NCBI RefSeq assembly: GCF_009914755.1
Contig: NC_060931.1
Strand: one strand, 5' to 3'
From: the human T2T-CHM13v2.0 reference genome, Homo sapiens
DNA: 64,000 bases
Part shown: in pieces, positions 44,652-57,788 of the stretch
Numbering within the stretch: position 1 is the stretch's first letter
How the letters are laid out: each line of letters begins with the position of its first letter
Translations under genes and position numbers: made by a program
The notes under the pieces: generated by a model
The model's input: only the letters and a program-made list of their open reading frames with translations
Told to the model about the DNA's origin: nothing
Database searches by the model: none

Positions 44652-45127
44652 CAAGAGTTCTTAACAGTCCCCTTAAGAATTGTGTAGGGAGAATTTAGGG
44701 GGTCCATATACTTAGATGAGGAAAAAAATTACACCTTTGTTTTCATTAACTTCTAATGAAATTTAGCATTTCCTTCAAGTATTACAATAGACAACAAGCT
44801 ACTGTTACCAATAGAAATCACACATATTTTCTCATCACATTATAGCTGTTGCAAAATCTCAAAAAGTAATTTACTCTCATTACCTTAAAATCATGTTAGT
44901 TATTAGATCAGTCTAGATCTTGTTATTGTCTACCTCAAGAGGCACATATATTGCTGTATCATAAATTTTTAAATATCTTGATAACTGTGTTTCTATAAAT
45001 TGATATAAGTTGAAAATTGAATCAAAACTGTATTTTCATACATTTAAAAACACTATTAGAAGGGGTCCACAGGCTTCACCAGACTGCCAGAGGGTCCGCT
45101 GCACAGAAAAAATGTTCAGAACCTCTG
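44652..45127 (+). mobile_element. Charlie4a-like hAT DNA transposon
   Basis: Terminal inverted repeats caagagttcttaac ... gttcagaacctctg; internal ggggtccacaggcttcaccagactgcca. Confidence 0.8.
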
Positions 45128-45204
45128 CCAGAAGTGGCCATGATTTGTTGTTTGTATTTGGCAAAGTGAGCTATTTTATTTCCAACACATTTTGTTCTTT
45201 CTGT

Positions 45205-45560
45205 GTCCCAAACATTTATTCAACAAACATTTATTGACCCTCTATGTGTGCCAAGTACTAGATGCTGGACATTCAGAAGTTAGTAATATAAGTAACATCT
45301 TTACCTTCAAGGAGCATAATTCTAGTAGGAAGATGTGGGCAATAGAAAAGTAAATAAACAGTAGTTTTAAATTTAAAAAAAAGGTGCTGTGAAGGAAATA
45401 AACAGAATGTTAAGTAAATGGGTAAAGTGAGGGAGTCAGGAAACTCTCTCTGGAGAGTTGAGATCTGAAGGATGGGCATATGCCAAGCATGGGAAATGCT
45501 GGGAAATATGTATTCCAGACAGAGGAAAAAGGAATGCAAATACAGCAATAATGCAAAAAT
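45205..45560 (-). mobile_element. LINE-2 3' fragment
   Basis: catttattcaacaaacatttattgaccctctatgtgtgccaag...gttgagatctgaaggatg. Confidence 0.78.
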
Positions 45561-45838
45561 CTTATGTTGGCCCATGGTCGACTGGCTACATTCTGGTTAG
45601 AGTGCTGATAAACTAAGTTCAGATGGTTTTCTCCCTTGGTTTGCAAGTGCTCAACTTCAGCCTCTGTGCTCAGAGTTCATCAACTACATTTATGTTGCTC
45701 TTACTACTTCTCCATTGCACTTGCACACATCCATGTAAGACAGGAACCATGGGATTTGTAGCTCACTTATACAACTCTCAAATGCCTTTTAAAGGCTGAC
45801 CTCATCATCTTCCAGCGTAAGTCCTACCTGAAGAATCC

Positions 45839-46246
45839 TGCTATGGTTTAAATGTTTGCCCCCTTAAACATCAGGTTGGAATTTGATCCCCAGTGTTGGA
45901 GGTATAGCCTCATGGGAAGTGTTGGGTCATAGGGGTGGATCCCTCATGAATAGATTAATGCCTCCCTTGGGATGGGAGTAGATGGGGAGTGAGTGAGTTC
46001 TCACTCTATTAGGTTCTAAGAGAGCTGATTGGTAAAAGGAGCCTGGCACTACCTCCCCCTAGCCCCTGCTGCTTCCTCTCTCTCACCATGGGATCTCTGC
46101 CCACCCTGATTCCCCTTCATCTTCCATTATAAAGTAGAAGTAGGCTGAGGCCTCACCCATTCAGATGCCCAATTGCTTTTTTTTCTTTATAAATTCTTGC
46201 CCAGCCTCAGGTATTCCTTCATAGCAATACAAAATGGACTAAGGCA
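45839..46246 (+). mobile_element. MSTB-like solo LTR
   Basis: tgctatggtttaaatgttt...ggtattccttcatagcaatacaaaatggactaaggca; perfect 5-bp TSD aatcc. Confidence 0.9.
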
Positions 46247-46591
46247 AATCCCCTAATCTAGCTCTCATTATTTTTCTCAGTACAAATATTTCAGCTCAAG
46301 ATAGAAAAGGTAAGAGCTGATAAAGAAGCACATTGTTACACTTTCAGTGTAATAGACCTCTGCACCCAGTTGAAAACTTCTGGAAACACTTTAGGTCTTT
46401 CATTACAATTAAATGTCAAGGTCTTTGGCTAATACTTCTCTGAAGTATGCACAAGTACAAAATGACATATGGATGTCTCTAAAACAGAAGATTAATAATC
46501 ATACTTTGGGCTACTGTTTATTGTTAATGCTATTTAGAATGTTTGTATTAGCATATTTTTTCCTTTCTTGCTCCTATTAATGACTATGCTA

Positions 46592-47078
46592 TGTATAGTA
46601 AAAACTAGGTTTTGGCCTCTGGCATCCATTCATCCTACTTCCTTTACTAATTCTCCTTTCTATTTTGAGTATCCTCTTTCCCGATGCTCCACTTACAGCA
46701 GGAATGGCAAAAAATGACTCCACGCTCAACTCCATAGATATCATGTGACCTAAGCCCAACTGAACAGAACTTCAGGATCTTCTGGCTACAGTGATTTGTT
46801 TGGAGAAAGACATCAGAGATGATGGGATGCCATTAAACTCAATGAAACTTCTGGATCTTAATTTAAACATAATGAGAGTAAATAATTGCTAAAGAATTAA
46901 CCCAACATATAACAGAGAGCAGAGCCAAACCAACAGAGTCGCAGTATCCCTGCTAAGTAAAGCCTTTCCTGAAACCAGATATGCTTGGAATGTTTAGTTC
47001 CATTAGTGAATAAATTCCCTTTTGACTTAAACCAACTTGGGCTGGGTTTTCTGTCACAACAGAAATTGTCCTGATACC
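46592..47078 (+). mobile_element. MLT1K/L-like LTR
   Basis: catgtgacctaagcccaa...aataaattcccttttgacttaaaccaacttgggctgggttttctgtcac. Confidence 0.65.
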
Positions 47079-49194
47079 TGATAATTATTGAAGACAAATT
47101 CATTCACCAACTTGTCCAGTGGTTCTGCCACACTATATTATTATCTGCTGCTCAGCCTTTAGCCATATTGTATTCATCCTTAAATTGACTTATCATTGTC
47201 TTACATTAGAGTAGAATTATTTTCCCTTCCCATTTTTACTCCTCATTCTATTTGTTCACAGTATTCTTCTCGATTTAAGATCAAATAACCAAGCTTACTC
47301 TACATTAACTTGCTGTTTTGCATGTTTGAAGATAGTTCTTAAACACAATCTCCACAACCCCTTACTATGATTCACAGCATTAAACCATTAAACTAAAAGA
47401 CCAATACAGATTTATAAATGCCAGGCAGGAAATAACTAGTAGCTGACTTCATGAGTCCAGTGCAGAGAAACAAGTTTCAAATAATACCTTCTATTTAAAC
47501 TGTGTGGTGTTTATATTCCAAAGGGCAAACAGCAAAAGTCTGATATTATTACCTCACACACAAATGTACATGAAACGGTTTATATGAAAGTTTAATGAAC
47601 TTAACTCCGTTCCAAAATCTTGCAGCTCAGCAGCCCACTTTGGGCTACATAATTTATCCATCTAGCTGATAACATCTCTAAATTGAAAATGGGTTTCTCT
47701 CTTTTACTAAAAATATTTGGGTTGCCTCTGTGCAAAGTGAATTTGCCATTTTCCACTTAATCAGAGTTAGACTACTGTTAGACTATGATGAAAACTCCAG
47801 ATCAGGCAGCTGGGACTGCCTTCAAAATCTGTCTCCATTTGCTCATCAGGAGACCTGTAGAAACCTGTTTCTCTTGAGATCTGACTTCTCTACTGGGAGC
47901 TCAGAGACGATAGGAACACAAACTACCAGCCTCCTAGGGTCAGTGTAAGAATTAAAGGTGACGTTGGTCAACTAATGAAGCAATTTTAAATAATTATGAA
48001 AAGAGGGAAAGGTGTACTCTTTAACTTCTGATTTATTTTTATATATTTTTAAATCCTCCAAATTGTTTCAAATCAGTAATTTGGCTTAAGAAACAGCATT
48101 TTCTCATCAGTGAGATAGCTACATGATTGTCTTTTCTTCTTCTCTGCTCCTGACAGAGTTTGGAGACCCCAGAGCTAGAGTTTCTGGCAGAAATGAGACA
48201 TTCCAGGCCTTCTGGGGACACAGTATATGTACCCTCATCTTGTGCAGAGAGTACATTACTGAAAAGCGCATGCTATGGGTGGGAAACAAAAACAACAGGC
48301 CCCAAATAGCCTCAAGCTGAATTCATTACCTGTGGATTCTGTGCTAATGATTTGGGGAATGCACTGATGCTTAATATTTTATCTGTTTAGCACCACTGTA
48401 AGAGCTGGGCTCTGAAGCAAGCCCCGCACTGAGAATCTAATGTCTGAAATTTGTTCTGGAAGACACTGAACTGGGCAGGAGTGAGGCACATTGGAAAAGA
48501 ATCATTTTTCTCCTTGGCTCTTGCTGCTTCAAAAGCAAAGCCCAAGCCTTCAGGAACTGGGGCTGTCTCCCAGGGCATAGCTAGTCTGGGGTCTGGGAGG
48601 TGGCCTCCAAGGAGAGGGTTCAGGCTGCCATTCAGAGGCAGGTTCCCTGTCTGATGCCCATGGTCCTTTGTTCACCTGCTGCTGGGAGAGTGGCAGAATA
48701 GCAAGAATTTGAGGTTTAAACTCTGGGTGTGACTTTTGTCATGGATCCCACTGACAGCTTGAAGTCAGAGGCATTCAGGTAAGCTCTGTACACAATAGGC
48801 TGGGATAGGAAGGGCTCCAGGAGTGACAACTGAGTATTGGGTTATTATTGATATTATTCCTAATATTCACTTAAGCCCCAGCTGGCTTCAGTGGCATTAC
48901 CACTGAGCTTAATGTTTAAGAAAGAAATAGGGAGACTCTCTGTTCACATGGAGTAAAGTAGAGAAACTGCCATGATCATCCAAAACAATTCAGGCAAAAC
49001 AGCATTTTTACATAAAAAATCCAGATAATTAAAGTAAAAAATAGCATGTTGGTTGGGCTTAAACAGATAGTCACCTTAATTCTCCATTTAAATTTTCACA
49101 TTTTAGAATTGTGTGTTTCCCATCTCTTCCCAAGATAATTTGAGGTAACTAAAACCTGCAGAGTAAAATACGATTTTTAAAGAGACCAATCAGG

Positions 49195-49456
49195 TTAATA
49201 AGAATAGTAGCTAACATTTATATAGAGCTTACTCTGTTCCAGGCATCATCTTAAACACTTTACATTTTTAAACCCCTCACCAGGACTCTAAAAAACAGTT
49301 ACAATTATTGTCTCTATTTTAGAGATGAGAAAACTGAAGCACAGAGGAGTTAAGAAACTTGTTGGAAGTCATACACCCTAGAGAAAGCGATGGAGCAGAA
49401 TTCAAACTCAGGCTGTCTGGCTCCGGAGCCTGTGTTCTTAACAGCGATGCTGTACT
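49195..49456 (-). mobile_element. MIR (near full length)
   Basis: agctaacatttat...ttttagagatgagaaaactgaagcacagag...gaattcaaactcaggctgtctggctcc. Confidence 0.88.
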
Positions 49457-49623
49457 TCCTGTGAGAAGAGCAAGATGAAACTAGATGGAGGAAACACCAG
49501 AGACAGCCACAGGCAGTTACCAGAGGTGGGCCACAGGGGTGTCTGTGAGTCTTCAGGACCAAAACCAAAAGGGACCCTGGATAAGCTACAGTACTGATAA
49601 AAGGAGAACATATCAGATGCTCA

Positions 49624-49625
<2 letters not shown>

Positions 49626-49655
<30 letters not shown>
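49626..49655. repeat. (AC)15 microsatellite
   Basis: Seen directly. Confidence 0.97.
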
Positions 49656-49662
<7 letters not shown>

Positions 49663-50782
49663 CAGCCCAGCTGGGATGACTGAGTTCTTCTTCTAAAGTA
49701 GATGTTTGGGTGGGACAGAGGAGAGAGGTAGGCAACAATGCCTTTCACCACAGCCAGGCTGACAGCAGCAAATTACATAGGGCTATTTGTTTAACATGCC
49801 TTCAAAGCAGACCAAAGGTATAACATCAAAGCACCAAATTTGATTTTACAAATTCAGTAAAACCGACTCTTCAAGAGGAGGGAAAACCAGTAAGATGCAA
49901 ATAGTCATTTCTCTGATGGTCTGGTTTGATACAGAGATAAAAATCAAGCATATCCAGTGGAATAAAATAACAGCATATCTTCCAGGCAATCCTCCATGAA
50001 TATTATTTCTCATAGGAAAGCTTTAGGCAAATGTTGAACACAGACAAAAGAGGTAGAAACGTTGTATTGCTAATGAAATCTATATGCTTTTGAAAAATCA
50101 GCTATGGAGAAAGTAAAAAGGAAGTTCCCCTTAAGACACTAGGGGGATATGTCCCAGAGACTTACTGGTAAGGTCACTCAACTGCCCTTGTGGGTCAGCA
50201 TATCTGCATTGCATCCTATATTTTATTTTTTTAAATGGAACCAATCTAAAAAAACAAGTTCTTATTTTAGAAGCCAACTAAAGTCATTTTTTAAAGTGTG
50301 AGATAGTATATTTGTATTTTTTAAAAACAAAATGTAAAAGCTGGTACTGAGGTTATGCATGAGTGCAAAACATAACAGGCAAGGAATATAAAATGTAGGC
50401 CACTGCTTTACTGCTGTTTGTTTTCAACTTTAATATTGCCTGTACTGCAACTTCTCCCATGGTGCTAATAACCCAAACTAAGGCCCTGCAGTTGTAAAAA
50501 ATGGGTGATTTCACTTTTTTAAAAACCCAGGATAATCCCATGTCTGGCACCTTATAATTCAGTGTGAGATTTTTCTGAAAAATGAGATTTACAGATTAAT
50601 AACTTTTCTGTCTCAATTATCCCCCCCACCCCCCACCACCACTTCCTCACCCTCCCTCCACATCAATGAAATTGTGACTTACTGGCCAAATATCAGTACA
50701 GTATCCCAGTCACCTTACATGCTAGGGTGCTCACCAACTTTGTTTCCTTAAGATTCCATAGGCTTGCCCCAGGAAACAGATT

Positions 50783-50828
50783 GCTGAATGCCTCACGCTG
50801 AATGCCTCACGCTGAATGCCTCACGCTG
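50783..50828. repeat. Perfect 14-bp triplication (gctgaatgcctcac x3.3)
   Basis: Seen directly. Confidence 0.97.
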
Positions 50829-51629
50829 TTCTTAAGGAGACCATGTTTTTGCTCTCACTGCAAATGGCTGTAAATCCAGCCCAGCCTCATCCGGTCTTCA
50901 GGTGGACCTCATCAGTTGTAGGCATCTTATCAGCACGAAACAGCCTCTCCTAATGGCTTGATAAATATTCCTGCCTCCCCAGAATCAGTTATCGAGAGAT
51001 TCAAATCATGGTCAGTACTTATAACAGCTATTACTACAGACTTAATGCCAGTTACCCTTTGTACTTATCTCTGTAACCAGAGAGGCTGAAAAGCTCTTGT
51101 TATGTCCCCACTCCTGGTCACTAAAAGCAGAGTTCATTCAAATTTTCCTCCTGCCTAGGAAGCTCGCAGGCCTGTTACAAAAATTGAAGAGGACATTTGT
51201 ACGAATATAAAATAAAATGTATGTTTCCCTGGCATCCACTTTCTCCCCACAACCCTGCCCTAAATTTGGCACCAGGGCGAAGGAATGTTAAGTCTTAAAT
51301 GGTGCGGCAGAATGAAGGTAGAAACAAACCTCACTGCCTTTGGGTTAGTTCCACATAAGAGAAAACGCTTTCAGGGGGATATGGTTTTTTCCCCTTCTGT
51401 CTCTTTGTTCTAATGAAATTGACCTACAGAGTCTGAAATCCAAAGAATGTAGGATTCTGGATTTATGAAATTTTACCAGCTGTCTATGGAAAACAAGTAC
51501 TTTCTCCCGAATGGACCTAACAACATACAATTTACGAAAGTAATTATAAAACCTCAATTGTCAGGAAGATTAAGAGGAGCCGTAAGGTAAAACCTTCACT
51601 CCTCTTCATGGGAAATGGACACCATGTGA

Positions 51630-51958
<329 letters not shown>

Positions 51959-52227
51959 GAACTCTTTTATAAGGAAAAATGGCAGTATATAGGGACAAGC
52001 GGTACCTCCTGAAGAAAGCTAAAAGGAATCTAAGGCTTATGAGGCCACCCTTCAAAAAAGTAAAACTGCACACACTTTCAACGGTTCTTTAAAGTGTTAT
52101 CACTTACCGCTCTACAGAGAAACAATGTTCTACAGAACACCAGGCTTACAGCTTGATTTTTCTAGAATTCACACTTGTGTACAGCAGTTTTTGTGCTCAA
52201 AATTTTTCCTTTTGTGTCCTCTTGTTG

Positions 52228-52400
52228 ACTCTCACAACAGCCCTTGGCACGAGGAAAATAGAAACATCCCCATTTCATTGATAATATCATTGAGGCTCAG
52301 GCAAAGTTAAACAGTTTGTCCAAGGTCACACAATCACGTAGTAATGGAGCATATATTTTGGTTTATGCACAGCTTACGGGGCTCTGCCACACTGCTACCA
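52228..52400 (-). mobile_element. MIR fragment
   Basis: ctctcacaacagccc...atccccattt...tgaggctcaggcaaagttaaacagtttgtccaaggtcacaca. Confidence 0.75.
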
Positions 52401-54109
52401 AGGGTAACAGAGCTGGGAGCTGATGGATGTGAGAAGAGGACTAGCCATGAACCAGAGTGTAGACTGACCTGCCAGTGGCCGTTTCTGAAGCACATACTTC
52501 TAATCCAGCCCAAACTTTGATTCATATCCCTAGTTGTCATTTTTGCACAAAAAGAAATGAACCCAAAAAGTATCTCCTTTTATATTGCTTATAAAAATGT
52601 CCCTTTTACAGGCCTTCATCTCCTTTCTTCATAGGGTCATGCTCTTTCCATAGTAAGCAGCTGCAGTCCCTTGGTGTCTTGTCAGTATCTGAGGCTGACC
52701 TTCCCCAGGAAAGTTTCAGGATCTGTCAGCCTTTGTCTAAACTCCAACGGTGTGTCAAGGTGAGAGGAGGGGGCAAGGGCTGAAGCAGAGATCTGTGTTC
52801 TGCTCTGGGTTGTGGAACTCCAGGCTCCTTGTCCTCTCCCAGGCCCAGAGACAAGCCCCTCTGACTCAGTTTATCTGCTGTGAAGCAGTGCACAGAACTA
52901 CGTCCTACCTGAGGTCACCTGTGAGAACAGTCAGCAGAGATTGTTCTGCCACCTGTGGACAGCAAGTGAGCTCAAGGTTGGAAACTGGCCCCAGCATGCC
53001 TAAGGCCATGAAAACGTCTTTGCTTAATCTCTTGAAGAAAAAAGGTTAAATTCCTCCGGCCACTTTTTTCCTGTAAGTGGAAAAACTTGCTCAATCTGTG
53101 AGCCCGTGGTTGACAATTGTATAATTGTGGAACTGAATAGATGGCAGTAGATGTTCCTCTGGTTTTCAACACCTTTCAGTGCCATACTCAGGAGAGGAAA
53201 GTGCCATTCACTATTATCTTTCAACCCCTCCTGCCTCTTGCCCAGAATGGGGGAAGAAAATTCATGCTGGATTCTTCCTTCACACAGAGATGAAATGGTC
53301 TGATAGTATAGACAGGGCTGCATTCCAAGTCCTTCTGAGGCCATTTAGACGCGTTTCATCATTGCGACTGTTGTTTTAGGTCTCATTTGCTCACATCTCA
53401 GCCCCACCAACAAGCCTAGGCCTGCCCCATTTCTTTCCCTCTGAAGCTTTTTCCCCACAACAAGCCAGGGAACTCCTCACCTCCCCTTACACACTAAGGA
53501 ACTAATGAAAGAACATGTCCTAACTCAGTAAGCAGCAGGCTTGGTGTTTCTCGTTTTTCCTTGGCATTCATACTGTCATCCCCAAATAAGATTTATCCAT
53601 AAATATTTTATTTCTTCCTAACTCCACTGGAATATTTAGTTCATTTTTATATCTCATTTCCTATCTGGCACAAATTTTTTCTTATTGGTACATATCCCTT
53701 TTATGTGGTCCTTGCATCTATTTTTCAAAGTTGCCCTCCTCCCCACCCACCCCCAAAAAGAAACAATGTTTCTGTTAAACATTGTTTAACAGAAATTTCT
53801 GGGGCAGTATGTCAGCTGGCTTTTAGTTTTTGTTGTTTACTGTCTTCTCTAGATCATCCCAAGTGCACTTTCACAATGACTCTAACTCTCAGAAGACCTG
53901 GCTGAAACGTCAACTTCTAAATGAAATTAGTTCTTCTAAATGGTAATACATTCTCCAGCTCGCCCTGTGAGAGGCTTCCTTGGCAGGATCCCACGCAGGA
54001 GAGAACACCAATGAAGACAAGTCAGCACCATGACGACCTCCACAAAGACAATGGCGCTCTGATTCACGCCTGAAATATTTGTTGTTGATGGTGCAAATAA
54101 ATGGTAAGA

Positions 54110-54160
54110 CTTCTGAAAATGACTTTTCAGAAGATTGACTCATAAGTAGCTGAGTCAATC
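54110..54160. promoter_or_regulatory. Two abutting 10-bp inverted repeats, the second made of paired AP-1 sites (candidate enhancer core)
   Basis: cttctgaaaa-tgac-ttttcagaag and gattgactca-taagtagc-tgagtcaatc. Function is inferred from motifs only. Confidence 0.45.
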
Positions 54161-56034
54161 ACCTGGGTAACTGGGCAAACAGACAGTCAAGGAAAAAAAG
54201 AAATTTAAACGTAAACCAGTGCCACCATCATGCCAATGGGTGGCAAAGAGCCTGAAGCAGTCGTAAAATAAAAATGTTGAATGGCTTTAAGAGAAAAAAA
54301 ACAACATGCAAGGAGGGAACCATAACCTTAGGGCTTGGAGAAGAAGTTCCTTTAGCCTGTCCTGCTCTGATCCCGAATGTCTCGAAGTGATTCCTGAGCT
54401 TTTATTCAGATTATTTGTTATGTACCAGTTGAAACAAGGTGGGAACCAACCCAATCCATCTCACAAACCCACATCAGCCTTAGTCTTTCATGAGGTGTGG
54501 ATTGTGCTAGTTCACTGTCCCAGAGGAAGACAGCTGGAGGCGAATGAATTCAGGATACTCTTCTTTTTGTCTTAAAGTCTCTCAAGCTTCGAGACAATTA
54601 AAATCCGACCTGGGGAAGCTTATTAAGGAGACGATGTTCTTGTACATTTCTAATCCCTACCACTCTACCATATATTCTGCTTGTGGCTAAATATTTTGTG
54701 ATATTAATTACTTTTTTTTCCTCCACTTTTTTTCTGACTACCCCCTGCCCCATTTAAGTAGACTCCGCGTTGCTTTGCCCCAGGGGAAGTTCATTTTATA
54801 ATCAGAAAGTAGAAAGTCTCAGGGCTTCCTGGCTTTGCTTTCCAAAAGCCTAAACTTTTAGAACGCAGTGAGTTCACTGGAGAGGGAAGAAGGAAGAGAA
54901 GGAAGTTTATAGGCAGAAGCAGAGTAGCTTTGGAGAAGCCTAGGAAGATACCAGAATAAAACTGATTTTTCCATGTCTAGAGGTAAGAAATCAGGGAACA
55001 GAGCAGTTGTCTGATTCCAGGGGGACAAAAACTTGGATCAGCTCTCAGGCAGCACCACAGGGAGGGGTGCAGAGAGGCGTGATCATGAGATCGATCTAAG
55101 AGTAGGCACAGTCTCTGATATTCCTTACCCATCTCTGCTCATGGACTGAATTTCAAATCTTCTCTTCCTGTGGTGACCTCATTAGACTTACTAAGAATTT
55201 TCACACAGCACAGGTGCTATGTGGATAGATTTCAGTGGCAAAATTGAGATCAGCAGAGAAAAAAAACCCTTTGAGGTTGACTTTTTGTTTTTTGTTTTTT
55301 TTCCTAGGTGGTGGGCTAGTTGTTCTATTGGTTTCAACCATTTGTTGACCCACACAAATGGCAATTTCATAAGGTTCACAAATTAATGAAAAGGTAGTCT
55401 ATCCACCTGGCAGGTGCTGACCTTGCTGGATCAATGGGAGAGCTCTGCCCATTAAAGGGTTTCCCTGAGCAAAGGTCCTCCACATAAACTCTTGCTGTCC
55501 TCCTGACATACATGGAACACCCACTGATGAGGCATTGCTGTGAGTCCTGGCAGAGGAAAAGTGAGATCGGGTGTGAAGGAGAGTTAGGTGGCTACAAGCT
55601 GGGAGCAAGAAGGATCACAAATTAAAACACAAATCTACTTGGCAGCCTTTTGTTTTCTCTTGCAGAGGCTTGGCTTTCCTAAATAGATGCATTTTTCCAT
55701 CTTTTTGTTTCCCATCTTCAAATGTATGCTTGTGTTTTTAAGTATATCTCTGAGCAACAATGAAGAATAAACTAACAATAGTCCCTTAGTTGCAGTGAAA
55801 GCAATAAAATAAAACCCTTTCATTGATGTCAAGAGAATAAAAGGCTCAGGCTTGGGATATTTTCAGAGTAAACCACTTTTAAAATATTAAGAAGTTAGAG
55901 TTGAATATATACCCATGAGATTCCAAGGAATAGTGGAAGAAAAGACGTATCTCCAAACTTGATCTCAGATCCCTGCTGACAAGCAAAGCAGAGTTCCACA
56001 GAGCCCATTTTATTTGGGCGTATTTTACTTTGTA

Positions 56035-56446
56035 ACTGTCAGTCAGCTCCAAAGCCACCTCTCCCAGGAAGCCTTCCCTTATTTCTCCAGCTACAATGGA
56101 TTTCTGCCTTCTCTGCTTTTCCATGAAACTTTATGTTATATAATGAGATTCTTCCTTGGGTTATTCAAACACCACTCATCTATGAACACCCATTATATTC
56201 AAGGCATGCCATATAAAGATGTAGAAAACACAGCCCTGCCCTTAAGATGCGTAAAGTCTAGAAGGTAGTTGTTTCGTGGGCATTTATTTTGGCCTGTGCC
56301 AAAGGTCTTGGCATATCTTAGGTCTTCTATTAGACTGCAAGTTTCTTAAGGACAGGATTTGTGTCCATTTCTCTCTCTCATGAAGTAGTGCCTAGCACTG
56401 TGCTCAGCACATACCAATACAGGGTTCCATAATGTTTGAATGGAAT
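56035..56446 (+). mobile_element. LINE-2 3' fragments
   Basis: cacctctcccaggaagccttccct; ttagactgcaagtttcttaaggacagg...agtgcctagcactgtgctcagcacata. Confidence 0.65.
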
Positions 56447-56992
56447 CCCCAGATTTAGGGGTGAACTTTAAAACTGGATGGACGGATTAAAAAGTACCTG
56501 CTCCACACTATGTCTCCCCCCACACCCATTTGCTTCTCTTTTCGGCCAGACTCCAGCAAGCTTCTGCAGTGAGGTTCAAAGCATTGAGCCCTTGCTCCTT
56601 CACTCACTCAGTCCTCCTAACCTTACAACCTAACCTCACACTAAACCTGAAGGCCATTCTCTATTGCAAAGATGTTACCAAGCACAGTCATTCCCTTTTC
56701 TCCTCTCTCCCCCTACCCTGCCTACTGCCAGGACATACGGTTTGCTTTGCCTTTAAGTGCATTTTCTTGAAGACAGTTGTAGAAAACTTTTCTCATTGTA
56801 AATTCTCTGGGTAACCATTTTGCTTCTACCCTCCTTATGGTGTGATTTTTTTTTCTTTTGTTAATGTTACCTGACTAGTGAAATACTACCTTCATTCATG
56901 AAGAATTTTATGTGCTGAAAATTCTATTTAATGCTCTAAATCTTGGGGGTGTATATCAAGCCAAGAGTTAGAATCATAGTGAGGAGGCCCAG

Positions 56993-57788
56993 TGTCTTAA
57001 TTTGGATTCCTCAAATGCAGACTCTGAGACAAGGGATAGAATGCCAGGATTTGGAAGTTGATCCTAGGAGGCATAAGGAAGGAATGGGAAAGTGTCTTCA
57101 TTTGTTCATTCTGCTATAACAAAACACCATAGACTGGGTCACTTATAAACTACAGAAATTTATTTCTCACAGTTCTGAAGCCTGGAAGTCTGAGATCAGG
57201 GTGTCAGCATGGTCATGTGCTGATGCAGGTGAACCTCCAGGTTGCAGACTTCTCACGTGGTTAAAAAAAAATGCAAGAGAACCCTCTGTGGTCCCTTTTT
57301 ATAAGGACACTAATCTCATTCATCGGGGCTCTGTCCTCATGACCTAACTGCCTTCCGAAGGCCCACTACCTAATACCATCCCACTGGGGGTTAGAATTTC
57401 AACATATAAATTTGGGGGGAATACAAACATTCGGTTCATAACAGAAAGTGAAACAAGGAAGGGAAGGAAATCAACAAAGGATGTGTGAATGCTGAGGACC
57501 CTATAGGATACTGTGCAGACATGCCTCGGAATTGACTCACCTAGGGGCATGGAGGCTGGAGGATTTATCCACCAACTCCACTCCACCACTCTGGTTGAGG
57601 ACTGCTTATGGGCATTAATACCCCTGCCTTGTCCAGCATGCTCCTGAAGCCAGGAAAAGCCCAGGCAGAGAGAAACAGGAGCTTGAGTTAAGAAATCTTG
57701 ATATACACAGAAAGCTGAATATTGCAGATTCAGGTAACCTCTGGAACGGCTGAAGGGATATGGCCAGGCACCAACAGCATCTGCTACC
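56993..57788 (-). mobile_element. LTR16-like (ERVL) solo LTR interrupted by MLT1A
   Basis: tgtcttaatttggattcctcaaatgcagactctgagacaagg ... ggcaccaacagcatctgctac. Confidence 0.7.
57093..57443 (-). mobile_element. MLT1A-like solo LTR nested in LTR16
   Basis: tgtctt...gctataacaaaacaccatagactggg...aaacattcggttcataaca; perfect 5-bp TSD gaaag. Confidence 0.9.
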
